Shown: in pieces, positions 40,966 through 50,919 of the stretch
Layout of the letters: the number at the start of each line of letters is the position of its first letter
Numbering within the stretch: the stretch's first letter is position 1
From: an uncultured Gemmatimonadales bacterium
Lineage (GTDB): Bacteria; Gemmatimonadota; Gemmatimonadetes; Gemmatimonadales; Gemmatimonadaceae
Direction of reading: 5' to 3'
Assembly (NCBI GenBank): GCA_963850905.1
Contig: CAWKMU010000003.1
Location: 3,328,001-3,392,000, forward strand
DNA: 64,000 bases
Made by a program: the position numbers and the translations under genes
The notes under the pieces: generated by a model
Database searches by the model: none
What the model saw: only the letters and a program-made list of their open reading frames with translations
What the model was told of the DNA's origin: nothing

Positions 40966-41680
40966 GTCCCGTCAACGACCACCAACGCAGACGCCATACC
41001 ATCCAGACGGCCTCTCGCACGATGCGCTTCGACATTTTGCTCTCGCCCTCGCTGCGATCGACAAAGGTGATCGGGATCTCGACGATACGGAACTGCCGGC
41101 GCCACGCGCGGAATGTCATCTCGATCTGGAACGCGTACCCGTTCGAGCGGACGTCCGCGAGATCGATCGTCTCGAGGATCCCGCGACGGAAGCACTTGAA
41201 GCCGCCCGTGAGATCGTCGAACGGCATGCCGGTCACGTTGCGCGCGTAGATGTTCGCGAACCAGCTCAGGATGAGTCGCGACATCGGCCAGTTCACCACC
41301 GTCACGCGGCCTTTCTGATACCGCGACCCGAGCACGAGGTCCGCCGTCTGGATGGCCGTGAGAAAGTCGGTCAGATGCGTCGGGTCATGCGAAAAGTCGG
41401 CATCCATCTCGAACAGGTAGTCGTAGTCCTGCTCGAGCCCCCACCGAAAGCCAGCCACGTACGCCGTCCCGAGCCCCATCTTCGCCGGGCGGTGCAGCAC
41501 ATGCACGCGCGTGTTCCCCGCCGCGAGCGAGTCGACGATCGCGCCCGTCCCGTCCGGTGAGTTGTCGTCGACAACCAGCACCTCGAGTCGTGGATCCTGC
41601 GCGAGCACGCTCGTGATCAGTCGCTGAATGTTGGCCTGCTCGTTGTAGGTCGGAACGATGACGAGGGCCCGTTCAGCCAT
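40958..41680 (-). CDS. Polyprenol monophosphomannose synthase-like GT2
   Basis: IVPTYNE, VDDNSPDGT, KMGLGTAY, EMDADFSH, GYAFQIE. Confidence 0.92.
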   Translation of the reverse strand: MAERALVIVPTYNEQANIQRLITSVLAQDPRLEVLVVDDNSPDGTGAIVDSLAAGNTRVHVLHRPAKMGLGTAYVAGFRWGLEQDYDYLFEMDADFSHDPTHLTDFLTAIQTADLVLGSRYQKGRVTVVNWPMSRLILSWFANIYARNVTGMPFDDLTGGFKCFRRGILETIDLADVRSNGYAFQIEMTFRAWRRQFRIVEIPITFVDRSEGESKMSKRIVREAVWMVWRLRWWSLTGRA

Positions 41681-44084
41681 GGCGGCGGCGCGAGGGGAGG
41701 ACCGCGGCCGCCATCCAGCCCAGCGCGAGGACGGCGGCAACCAGCGTGATCATCTTGCCCAGTTCGTACACGTGACTCGTGAACGTGAGGTCGACGACCG
41801 TGGCTCCGGCAGTCAACGGCACGCCGATCAGCGTATAGTCGGCGCGCGCCGCGACCGCGGGCTTCCCATCGACCGTCGCGACCCAGCCCGGAAAGTAATT
41901 CTCGGACACGATCAGCGATGCATTCGCGGGCGCGGGCTTATCCAACTTGAACGTCATGTGCCCCGGATCGTTCCGCGTCGCCGTCACGCCGATGCCCAGC
42001 GGCGTCGGCGGCGTCGTGACCTGCTGCGCTGCGACCGGGGCGGCACTATCGTACACGGCCGCCGCTGTGGGGTCGAATCGCGGGTCGGTCACGGTCGCGA
42101 GCGCCTGGTCGTCGCCCGCCTTCACCGACACCGGCGTGGTCCACGCGAACGGATTCTCGCCCGGCAGACGGTACAGGTAGATCGTCGATCCCGACGCGTC
42201 GCGCGCCGGCCCGACCAGCAGGCGGAACCCGGGCACCTGGAGGTTGCCGATGTTGGTCAACAGATATTGCACATTCAGGAGCCGCCAAATCTGCGGCGAC
42301 CCGAGGATCGCCTGGTATTCACGCTCCTGCTCGCGACCCGCGAGCACATCGTACCGATGGATCTGATTGCCGTGGTAGCCAAGCGCCTCCGGAATGCGAT
42401 GAATCATCAGCGCGTTGCCTTGACCGATCTCCGGATCGCGCGCGGTGAGTCCGGGACCTTGCACGGTCAGCACGCGGCCCGGTTGCGGCTGGCCTTGGAT
42501 ATACCGCACCGCGGAGTCCGACGCATACGCGATGGACGCTGGCGGCGAGAACTGCCAGTAGAGGCGCTCGATGCTCCACAGGTCCGCTGCGACGACGAGG
42601 GCGATCAGCCACAGGGCCACACGTCCCGGCACCTTGTCGTCCCGGATCAGGACCAGCACGCCAACGATCAGCCCCACAAACAGCAGCGAGCGCGCGGCGC
42701 CCCACGCGACCGCGGACGCGTTGGCCTGGACGAGATCCGCCAATTGCGGTATCGCGAGCGCCGCCGAGAACGTGGTTAAGACACCACCGACCGCCATGAG
42801 GGCAATGACCGCCGCGACGGCCACCCAGATGACACCGTAGCGCATTCGCACATCGCGCCGCAGGACGTTCTCGACTCCGTACCCCGCCAGCACGGCCACC
42901 GCGAAGCCCGTGAGGAAGAAGATCGTCGACGGCGCTCGAAAGTACTTGGTGCCCGGCACGAGCACATAGATGACGTGGAATAGGGGCGTGTATCCGCCGA
43001 GCGCCCACACGGCGGCGACCAGCGCGACGATGAGCCAGAACCGGACCGCCCGGCGCCGCGCCTCTGGCGTCCCGATGAACGCGCAGCCCGCCAGCACGAG
43101 CACGGCGGCGCCGAGGTACTCGCTGTGGAAATGGATGCCATTCCGTCCCCAGTAGTTCTCCAGGATCCCGGTGAACTGAGGGAGATACGTATTGAACAGC
43201 TCTTCTGGTGGCATCGCCCAGGAGGCGGCCCACTCATAGCCGTGCGTGGCCGCGCCGGCGGCCCCGCGGGGCGAGAACTGCACGTATTGCGCGACCGGCA
43301 GGAATTGGATGGCACCGATACAGAGTCCGAGCACGACCGCGAGCAGTGCCCACCCCACGCGACGAACGGCGACAGGCCGCTCGGGTGAGACACCGGGGCC
43401 GGCCCAGAACGCGAGGTACAGGGCCCACGCACCCGACGCGAGCAACATGTACTGCAGCAACTGGGGGTGGGGTGTCAGCACGGCCAGTCCGACGGTGAGC
43501 GCCAGCGCCGGCCAAGCCCATCGACGATCATCCCGCACGCCAGAGGTCAGGAGCAAGAGCGCCAACGGAAGCAAGGCGCTGACGTACAGCTTCCCGTCGT
43601 GCCCTGGGGACACGTACGACGAGATGGGGCCACCCATCATGTAGGCGAGGCCACCGATCAGCGCGCCCGAAAACGCGAGGCCCACCTTTCGCAAAAACAG
43701 GTAGGTGAGCCAACCGCACAGGAAGATGTGGATGATGAACGCCCACGTGACGAACATGTCGGGCCGCAAGAGGAGCCGAAGCACGAGACTCGGGGGGTAG
43801 AAAATGTCCCCATTCATCGCGCCCACGTACGGCATCCCCCCGAACAAGTAGGGGTTCCACAAGGGGAAATGCCCGGTCTGGCGGAGGATCGTGGTGCCAA
43901 AGGTGCGCACCGCGTAGCCACCGATGAACTGATCGCTCTGCGGCGGCGCCAAAAAGCCGCCGCCGAACGCCGGGTAGCACAAGACAACTGTGCAGACGGC
44001 ATACACGAGCGCGGCCCAAGCGCTGGCCAGACGCGGCGAAAACTGCGGCGCCTCAGGTGTAGAGCGGGCTTTTGGGGGAGCCAT
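41673..44084 (-). CDS. YfhO-family (GT-C) multi-pass membrane protein
   Basis: PLWNPY..GMP, many TM segments, C-terminal SENYFPGW.A.VDG. Confidence 0.85.
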   Translation of the reverse strand: MAPPKARSTPEAPQFSPRLASAWAALVYAVCTVVLCYPAFGGGFLAPPQSDQFIGGYAVRTFGTTILRQTGHFPLWNPYLFGGMPYVGAMNGDIFYPPSLVLRLLLRPDMFVTWAFIIHIFLCGWLTYLFLRKVGLAFSGALIGGLAYMMGGPISSYVSPGHDGKLYVSALLPLALLLLTSGVRDDRRWAWPALALTVGLAVLTPHPQLLQYMLLASGAWALYLAFWAGPGVSPERPVAVRRVGWALLAVVLGLCIGAIQFLPVAQYVQFSPRGAAGAATHGYEWAASWAMPPEELFNTYLPQFTGILENYWGRNGIHFHSEYLGAAVLVLAGCAFIGTPEARRRAVRFWLIVALVAAVWALGGYTPLFHVIYVLVPGTKYFRAPSTIFFLTGFAVAVLAGYGVENVLRRDVRMRYGVIWVAVAAVIALMAVGGVLTTFSAALAIPQLADLVQANASAVAWGAARSLLFVGLIVGVLVLIRDDKVPGRVALWLIALVVAADLWSIERLYWQFSPPASIAYASDSAVRYIQGQPQPGRVLTVQGPGLTARDPEIGQGNALMIHRIPEALGYHGNQIHRYDVLAGREQEREYQAILGSPQIWRLLNVQYLLTNIGNLQVPGFRLLVGPARDASGSTIYLYRLPGENPFAWTTPVSVKAGDDQALATVTDPRFDPTAAAVYDSAAPVAAQQVTTPPTPLGIGVTATRNDPGHMTFKLDKPAPANASLIVSENYFPGWVATVDGKPAVAARADYTLIGVPLTAGATVVDLTFTSHVYELGKMITLVAAVLALGWMAAAVLPSRRRHG

Positions 44085-44141
44085 TGCTGACGAAAAGTGC
44101 GCGTTGCACGGTGCGTGCGCTAGCAGCTAGCTTCCGCGCCC

Positions 44142-44816
44142 ATGCGCGGATCGGCGCTCCGCGACTTCTACGATCGCGAATATCACTTCGGGGAAGACGT
44201 CGACCGGCCCAACCCGGATCGGCTGTGGCGCGCGCTGCGCGAGCTCGAGCCGTTGGCGCACACGAGTCTGCTCGATCTCGGATGCGGCGTCGGATGGGCG
44301 ACACGGATTGCCGTCGAGCGTGGCCGTGTCGACCTTGCGGTGGGCCTGGACTTCTCACGGACGGCGCTGGCCCTTGGCGCGCAGTCCACACGCGACTGGC
44401 AGGCGCCGGCCGCCACCCGCGTCTCCTGGGTCTGTGGCGACGGCGGAGCCCTGCCCTTCGCCGATCGCACCTTCGATCGGGCGTTCTCGTTCGGGTCGAT
44501 GGAGCATTTTCCAGACGTCGCGCTCGGCTTCACCGAGCTTGCGCGCGTCCTCCGGTCGGGCGGTGTGGCCGTGACGGTCGTTCCCAATTTCTACGTGCGC
44601 ACCGCGCAGCCAGTTGAGCACCGCGACACCATCGCCGGCTGGAAGCGAGTCATCGCGCCATCAGGCCTCGAGGTCGTGCGGGTCGGCGCGGATCGCGGAC
44701 CAGCCATCTTCAAGAACCGGCGCCCCGCACGCATTGCGCTCCGCCTCGGACTCCGTCTCCTCGGGGCCGTCCCCGCCCTTCGCTATCAGTTCATTCTGGT
44801 GCTGCGGAAGCCCTGA
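44142..44816 (+). CDS. Class I SAM-dependent methyltransferase
   Basis: LLDLGCGVG, GLDFS, LPFAD..FD, MEHF. Confidence 0.85.
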   Translation: MRGSALRDFYDREYHFGEDVDRPNPDRLWRALRELEPLAHTSLLDLGCGVGWATRIAVERGRVDLAVGLDFSRTALALGAQSTRDWQAPAATRVSWVCGDGGALPFADRTFDRAFSFGSMEHFPDVALGFTELARVLRSGGVAVTVVPNFYVRTAQPVEHRDTIAGWKRVIAPSGLEVVRVGADRGPAIFKNRRPARIALRLGLRLLGAVPALRYQFILVLRKP

Positions 44817-45831
44817 CGCGGCGCAGCCGCCAGTCGATCGCCAGCACCGTGAGCGCCCCGATGATCTCCAGCGACACCAGCCAGAGACGCGAGGCCACTG
44901 CCAGGACGAGCGCACGATCGGATCCGATCGCGGAGCTGAGCTGCAGCACCAGTGCGCCTTCCCGCACCACAATCCCCCCAGGCGCGAACACAGCGATCAA
45001 CCCGAGCAGGTAGCTCGACAGATAGGCCGTGCCAGCGAGCCACATGTGCGGGGCATCTGCGCCGAAAAGCGCCCGTCCGAACAACCAGAACGCGAATCCG
45101 TAGCCAACCCACCCCAGCGCCGCGCGGACGACGTACACCGCGAACGCACCGGGTGGCGGCGCCGGGAGCGGCACCGGCCGCTTGATCACTCGCTCGGCCC
45201 AGCGCCGCACGACGGGCAGCGCGCGCGGACCGACTCCGACCAGCGCCGCCGTGAGGAGCGCCGCCAGCGCCGCTTGCGAGAGAGTGTCCATGGTCTGCGC
45301 CCACGCGCCCAAGAGGTGCGGGGCCCCACTCAGGATCAACACAAACCCTGTCGCGAGCAGCACGACCTGCTGCAGCAGCACGCCCACGGAGGCGGCGACG
45401 GGCGATACCCCGACCTGCGCACTCATCGCCGCCAACCCTGCGAACTGCCACACGGCACCGGGCACGTACCGCGCCAGATTCGAGACGAAGAAGATCCGCA
45501 TCGCCTGAAACCAGGTCAACGGACGCGGCGTCGTGCGAAGGGCGGCGTTCCACCAGGGCAGACTGCTGGACCAGAGCTGGACGAGCTGCGCATACAATGC
45601 CATCCAGACGACGGACGCCGCCGCCAGGGTCCCCCACTGCAGCTTGGGGTGCGCGCTCCGCAAGGTCGGACCGGCCAGCCGAACGAACCCGTACAGCGCA
45701 GCCAGCGCCGCGAGGACCGCTACGACCTCGCCAATGGTGACGAGCCGCCGTCGCCAGCGCGGGCGACGCACATTCGCCGCTTCCGTCAGACCAATGCACC
45801 CACCGCCGCGCCACACGCCTGAGCCGGCCAC
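44791..45831 (-). CDS. UPF0104/lysylphosphatidylglycerol-synthase-like flippase domain protein; start uncertain
   Basis: NLARYVPG.VW and APGGIVVRE motifs; about 8 TM segments. Confidence 0.8.
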   Translation of the reverse strand: MAGSGVWRGGGCIGLTEAANVRRPRWRRRLVTIGEVVAVLAALAALYGFVRLAGPTLRSAHPKLQWGTLAAASVVWMALYAQLVQLWSSSLPWWNAALRTTPRPLTWFQAMRIFFVSNLARYVPGAVWQFAGLAAMSAQVGVSPVAASVGVLLQQVVLLATGFVLILSGAPHLLGAWAQTMDTLSQAALAALLTAALVGVGPRALPVVRRWAERVIKRPVPLPAPPPGAFAVYVVRAALGWVGYGFAFWLFGRALFGADAPHMWLAGTAYLSSYLLGLIAVFAPGGIVVREGALVLQLSSAIGSDRALVLAVASRLWLVSLEIIGALTVLAIDWRLRRVRASAAPE

Positions 45832-45944
45832 GGGCGCGCGGCGGTCTGAGACCCCTGGCTGACAGTCAGTGGATGCGAGCGGAGCATCATCGACGGAGTA
45901 TACCTGCGTTGCCGCTCGGACGCACGCCGGGCATCATTTGCGTC

Positions 45945-47150
45945 GTGCGCATTTTGATCGTATCGACCGCGTTTCCGCGGTATCCCAATGATCCGACGGC
46001 CAAGTGGCTCGTGGAGACCATCCGACGCTTGGCTGCCGAGGGCTACGAGTTCGAGGTCCTGACGTCGGCATATCGCGGTGGCGGCAATGCATCGTTCGAT
46101 GGCATTCCGGTCCATCGCTTCCGCTATTTCTTCGCTCGCTGGGAGCGCCTCACGCATGAGGAGTCCGCACCGGATCGGATGCGACGCTCCCTGCTGTACA
46201 AGATCCTGCCGGTGTTCTACCTGTTGAGTGGTACCGTGGCTGCATGGCGACTCGGCCGTCGCGGCAACTTCGACGTCGTGCACGTGCACTGGCCCGTGCC
46301 GCACGCGCTCTTCGGCTGGGCGGCACGCGCGGGCGCGCGCCGACGCCCCAGGTTGATCGCGCATTTCTATAGCATCGAGTTGCGGTGGGTGCGGCACTCG
46401 CTCCGCATACTGACCGGGTTTCTGCGACGGGCCATTACGACGGCCGATCGCGTCGTGGCGATCTCCACCAGCACGGCGCGCGAGATCCAGCATGTCGCGC
46501 CCGTGCCTGTCGAAGTCATCCCGTACGCCGTCGATCTGCCGCATCCCTCACAGATCCCGTCGCGCAACTCGGGACCCACCCGGGTGCTGTACGTGGGGCG
46601 GCTCGTCGAGCGGAAAGGCGTGCGCTATCTGATCGAGGCGCTTGCCGCGCTCGAGCCCAGCCTGCACGCCGAGGCGACGATCATCGGTGATGGCCCGGAA
46701 CGGGAGGCACTACAATCGACAGCCCGCGACCTCGGCGTGGCCGATCGCGTGACGTTTCGCGGCTGGGTGACACCCGAAGAGCTCGACCAGGCCTACAGCG
46801 ACGCCACCGTGTTCGCCCTGCCCGCGGTCGTCGACGCGCGGGGCGACACCGAGGGCCTCGGCATGGTGCTGCTGGAGGCAATGACCTACCAGCTGCCAGT
46901 CGTATCGACACCACTCGGGGGCATCACCGACATCGTGAGCGACGGCGAGACAGGCCTCCTCGTCCCGCCCAACGATGCGCCTGCCTTGGCCCGTGCGATT
47001 GCGACGCTCGTGACCGACAGGGCGCTCGCCAAACGCCTCGCGATCGCCGGCCAGCAATACGCCGAGCAGCACTTCGGGTGGGACGGCGTGCTCGCCGCCT
47101 GGCGAGGGTTATACGCGGGTGCCGCGCGCGCCTCGACATCCACGGATTAG
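45945..47150 (+). CDS. GT4 glycosyltransferase
   Basis: RILIVSTAFPR, HVHW, VGRLVERKG, EGLGMVLLEAM. Confidence 0.92.
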   Translation: MRILIVSTAFPRYPNDPTAKWLVETIRRLAAEGYEFEVLTSAYRGGGNASFDGIPVHRFRYFFARWERLTHEESAPDRMRRSLLYKILPVFYLLSGTVAAWRLGRRGNFDVVHVHWPVPHALFGWAARAGARRRPRLIAHFYSIELRWVRHSLRILTGFLRRAITTADRVVAISTSTAREIQHVAPVPVEVIPYAVDLPHPSQIPSRNSGPTRVLYVGRLVERKGVRYLIEALAALEPSLHAEATIIGDGPEREALQSTARDLGVADRVTFRGWVTPEELDQAYSDATVFALPAVVDARGDTEGLGMVLLEAMTYQLPVVSTPLGGITDIVSDGETGLLVPPNDAPALARAIATLVTDRALAKRLAIAGQQYAEQHFGWDGVLAAWRGLYAGAARASTSTD

Positions 47151-47172
47151 ATCGCCGTCCAACGGACACGAC

Positions 47173-48699
47173 CTACCGCATGGGTACGCGCACGGATGCC
47201 TCGTGCTCGCCCCGCGGCAGCGTCGCGATGACCCGGCCCTCACGATCGAGCACCGGCACATCGAACGCGCGCGGCGCCGGCCCCGCGAGGGTCACCGAGT
47301 CGACGTCCGCGCGGACGACGGTTACGGCTCGGCGAAGCCGACGCCACGCGACGATACGCTCGAGCGGTGCAACGTATGGCTGGTCAGCGACCAGAGACGT
47401 CACCAGCCGCTCGTACGCAGCGCTCGCACCGGGATAGCCAAGCGGCGCGGTGAGGTTTGGATGCCAGAGGCCGACCCAAAGCCCCTCCACACGACGACTG
47501 GCCGCGGCCACGTCGAGGGCGTCATCCACCCATCGGACTGGATCCTCAATGCGCTGATACTTGCTCTGCGCCCGATCCATCCAGGTGAGCGGTACTTCGT
47601 CGAGCCGCGACCGGCTGCCCTCTGTGGCATTCCACGACGGGACGACATCGGCGACACCAAGCCGGAAGCCGTTGCGATCGGGAAAGCCGAACGTCGCGTC
47701 GTAGTCGAAACCGGCGGCGACCATGGCACGCTGTGTGGCGCCGGGTCGCATGCGAAGGAAGTGCTGCCGCACTCCCGACGGTGTGTGTCCGACGAGCTCC
47801 GCCAGGCGTGCACGCTGCGAGACGAATGCCTCGCCCTGCTCCATCGTGATGAAGCTTCCGTGCAGACCCATTTCGTGGCCGCCGTCCCGGACCGCGCGAA
47901 ACAGCGCGCGTGCGCGGGCGGAGGTCGGGCGATAGGTGAGATCTCCCTGTCGAAACGAGTCGAGCGTCGGCGTGCCGCACAGCACGAACCACGTCGAGGT
48001 GACACCCGCGCGATGCTCGATATGCAGCACCTCGGAGACGCCGAGCATGACGGGGTCCCTCAGCACGTGCCCGCCGGCGGCTCTCACTACTGCGCCGGCG
48101 GTGCGCAGCTGCCCCTTGGCCACCAGCTCGGCCAGTCGCAGCGCAGTAAAGATCGGCCAGACGGCCACCACGTCGACATCATGGGTGAAGGCGGCGGCCC
48201 ACCGGCGCCCATCGGGCCATGGCGCCACGGTGAGCACGGGTCGATGCCCAGCGGCGTTCTCGACCGCCGTGCGCAACGCGTGCGCCGCCGTCGAGACGAC
48301 CGGCTCGCGCTCACGCCCTGCCGCCACCGCGGGGTTGTCGATCGACGGGACGCGGCCATGCCGGTCGACCGCCGTCACTCGTTGCTCGAGCCCCGCCCCA
48401 CCCACGTCGCTCACGGCGCGGAGCAGTGCGCGCGGTACCGACACGACACCATCTCGGAGGTCGTAGCCGCGGGAGAGCGTCGCGATCGCGCCGCGCCCGT
48501 CGTCGCCCGTCGGCTGCGTCGCAGCGTCTGGCTGCAGGTCGACCGCCACGACGTCTGGCGAGCCCGGAGGGCCGCCAGCGGCATCCGGCGCGCCTCGCAC
48601 GCCGTCGATCGCGACCAGTCGCGAGAGGTCCAGCAGCACGTCCCACCCAAACTGCTCCACTGGCGTGAGCGGCGGGTTCGGCCGAGTGAGGTGGATCAC
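47173..48699 (-). CDS. Polysaccharide deacetylase-family protein
   Basis: FTHDVD, EMGLHGS, GVRQHFLR, YDATFG, LWH motifs. Confidence 0.8.
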   Translation of the reverse strand: MIHLTRPNPPLTPVEQFGWDVLLDLSRLVAIDGVRGAPDAAGGPPGSPDVVAVDLQPDAATQPTGDDGRGAIATLSRGYDLRDGVVSVPRALLRAVSDVGGAGLEQRVTAVDRHGRVPSIDNPAVAAGREREPVVSTAAHALRTAVENAAGHRPVLTVAPWPDGRRWAAAFTHDVDVVAVWPIFTALRLAELVAKGQLRTAGAVVRAAGGHVLRDPVMLGVSEVLHIEHRAGVTSTWFVLCGTPTLDSFRQGDLTYRPTSARARALFRAVRDGGHEMGLHGSFITMEQGEAFVSQRARLAELVGHTPSGVRQHFLRMRPGATQRAMVAAGFDYDATFGFPDRNGFRLGVADVVPSWNATEGSRSRLDEVPLTWMDRAQSKYQRIEDPVRWVDDALDVAAASRRVEGLWVGLWHPNLTAPLGYPGASAAYERLVTSLVADQPYVAPLERIVAWRRLRRAVTVVRADVDSVTLAGPAPRAFDVPVLDREGRVIATLPRGEHEASVRVPMR

Positions 48700-48814
48700 G
48701 CGCGCACCTCGCCCGGATCCGCGTGGATGCCCGGCATGCGCTTGACGGCCGGCAACTGCGCGACCCACCTTCCGGTGCGTGTCACGCCCGCTTGTCCCCA
48801 AATCGCGCATTCCG

Positions 48815-49835
48815 ATGCGGCACCTCGTGCTCTTCGGCTGGCTCCCGAGCCCGCTGAAGGTGTGGGCGTATCGCACGTTCCTGGGATACCGGATTGGACG
48901 GCACGTGAAGATCGCGTTTGGGGGCGTGATTGTCGGGCGACGACGTCGAGCTGGGCGATCACGTCGAGATCGGATTGCTCGCGGTGGTCCAGGGTCGGCG
49001 GATTCGCATCGGGCGCCACTCGTCGATCGCGACCATGTCGTACGTATCGTGCGAATCCATCGAGATCGGCGAAGATGCACGCATTCGCGAACAAGTCTAC
49101 GTCGGCGGGCCACAGTTGCCCGAATCCCGCTTCGTGCTCGGCGATCGAACGATAGTGCTGCAGATGGCCTACATCAATCCGACGAAGCCCGTCATCATCG
49201 GCGACGACACCGGCATCGGTGGCCACTGTCTGATCTTCACGCACGGCGTGTGGCTCAACGTGCTCGATGGATACCCGATGACGTACGAGCCGGTCACGCT
49301 CGGCCGCAGCGTGTGGCTGCCCTGGCGCGTGTTCGTGATGCCGGGCACGACGATCGGCGATGGCACGGTGATCGGCGCCAACTCCCTGGTGTCCGGCACG
49401 ATTCCCCCACGGAGTCTCGCCGTGGGCTCGCCCGCCAAGGTCATTCGGCGCGAACCGGACTTTCCGCGGCCGCTCACTGAGCGTGACCGCGCGGCCCTCG
49501 TCGAGGAGATGCTGCGCGAGTTCGACCGCTACGTCGAGTACAGCGGCGTGACCGTGCAGGCTGCAGCCGCCCCGCGCGCCTACGCCCGAGCGGGCGACAA
49601 CTGGCGCCTCTGGTGGGCACGAGACCCTGCGATGCTCGGGGCGATCCGCCCGGCGCGCGGTGACACAGTGTTCACCGAGGCCGCGCTCACCGCCGAGGCG
49701 TGCACCGCCTACCGCGCGCAGGGCGTCGATTGGCTGGACCTTGCTGGCTACACCCGCAGCCGTGACGGTACGCCCCTCACAGAAGAACTCGCCCAATTCC
49801 TCTGGCGCTACGGCATCCGTCTGATCCGCGATTGA
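48815..49835 (+). CDS. Hexapeptide-repeat (LbH) acyltransferase with apparent frameshift near 48936
   Basis: IG..V.I repeats, IFTHG, VMPGTTIGDGTVIGANSLV, GSPAKVI; N-terminus in ORF 48779-49480, remainder in ORF 48930-49835. Confidence 0.8.
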
Positions 49836-49899
49836 GACAGAACCACCATGCGTAGCCGTGGGCCTACCCGCCAGTTGCACGGGCGCGGTCGTTGCCGTT

Positions 49900-49941
49900 C
49901 CCTGACCCCTGACCCCTGACCCCTGATCCCTATTCCCTGTC
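49900..49941. repeat. Heptamer tandem repeat (CCCTGAC)x3 plus three degenerate copies
   Basis: CCCTGAC CCCTGAC CCCTGAC CCCTGAT CCCTATT CCCTGTC spanning the GT2 stop codon. Confidence 0.8.
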
Positions 49942-50919
49942 CTGCTGCTCGTCTAACCGTCGCCGAAGCTCCTGCACCTCTGCACGCTGCCCCGCGATCT
50001 GCTCGCCCAGCAGCCCCGTCGCGAACGACAGGAACCCGAGAATCAGACACGTCTCGATGAGGTTCAGCAGCGGGCGGAATCCCTCGTACGGCGGGATCAC
50101 AAACCGCATCAGGAGCGCCACGATGCCGGTCACGACCCCGAGTATGAAGAGCGCGGCCCCGAGCAGGCCGAAGAGCAGGAGGGGTTTGCGGCCGAACCGC
50201 AGCTCGAACCAGACGGAGACGAGGTCCAGCACCCCGACGAAGATCCGGGAACGTCCGAACTTGGACCGGCCCGCCGCTCTGGGATACAGCGGCACCGGAA
50301 TCTCGGACACCGAAAAGCCCTCGGCCGCCGCGATCACGATCATATAGCGATGCCAGTCCGGTCGGATCGGCAGCACCTCCATGATCTCGCGTCGATAGGC
50401 CTTGACCGAGTTGAGGTCCCGTACCGGCACCTCGAACATCGACCGACTCAGCCAGTTGTACACGCGCGAGACGAACGCGCGCTCGTACTTGCCCTGTTTT
50501 TGGCCCGTGACCATGTCCGACTCGCCTGACAGGATCGGGCGCACCAGGCGCGGGATATCCTCGGGCCGGTACTGCAGGTCGGCGGGATAAAAGACCAGCA
50601 CGTCGCCCCGCGCGCGGAGATACCCCGTGCGCAGGGCGTCAGCGATGCCGCGCTGGCGCCGATGCTGCACGCCGTGCAGGAACGCGTAGCGAGGCATGAG
50701 CCCCTCGAGGACCGACCACGTGCCATCGATCGAGCCGTCGTCGATGACGATCACCTCGAACGAGATGCCCGTCCCCGCGAACGCCGCCGCGATCTGCTCC
50801 ATGAAGGGCGCCAGGTTCGCTTCTTCATCTTTGGCAGGCACGAGGACACTCACGTCCACGCGCGATTGGTCGCGCGGTGACAGGCTCACGACCGGACTCG
50901 AGGCCACCGTCGTCGTCAC
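49930..50919 (-). CDS. GT2 glycosyltransferase (ArnC/GtrB-like, two C-terminal TM helices)
   Basis: VLVPAKDE, IDDGS.DGT, ADLQY, C-terminal hydrophobic hairpin. Confidence 0.9.
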   Translation of the reverse strand: MTTTVASSPVVSLSPRDQSRVDVSVLVPAKDEEANLAPFMEQIAAAFAGTGISFEVIVIDDGSIDGTWSVLEGLMPRYAFLHGVQHRRQRGIADALRTGYLRARGDVLVFYPADLQYRPEDIPRLVRPILSGESDMVTGQKQGKYERAFVSRVYNWLSRSMFEVPVRDLNSVKAYRREIMEVLPIRPDWHRYMIVIAAAEGFSVSEIPVPLYPRAAGRSKFGRSRIFVGVLDLVSVWFELRFGRKPLLLFGLLGAALFILGVVTGIVALLMRFVIPPYEGFRPLLNLIETCLILGFLSFATGLLGEQIAGQRAEVQELRRRLDEQQDRE

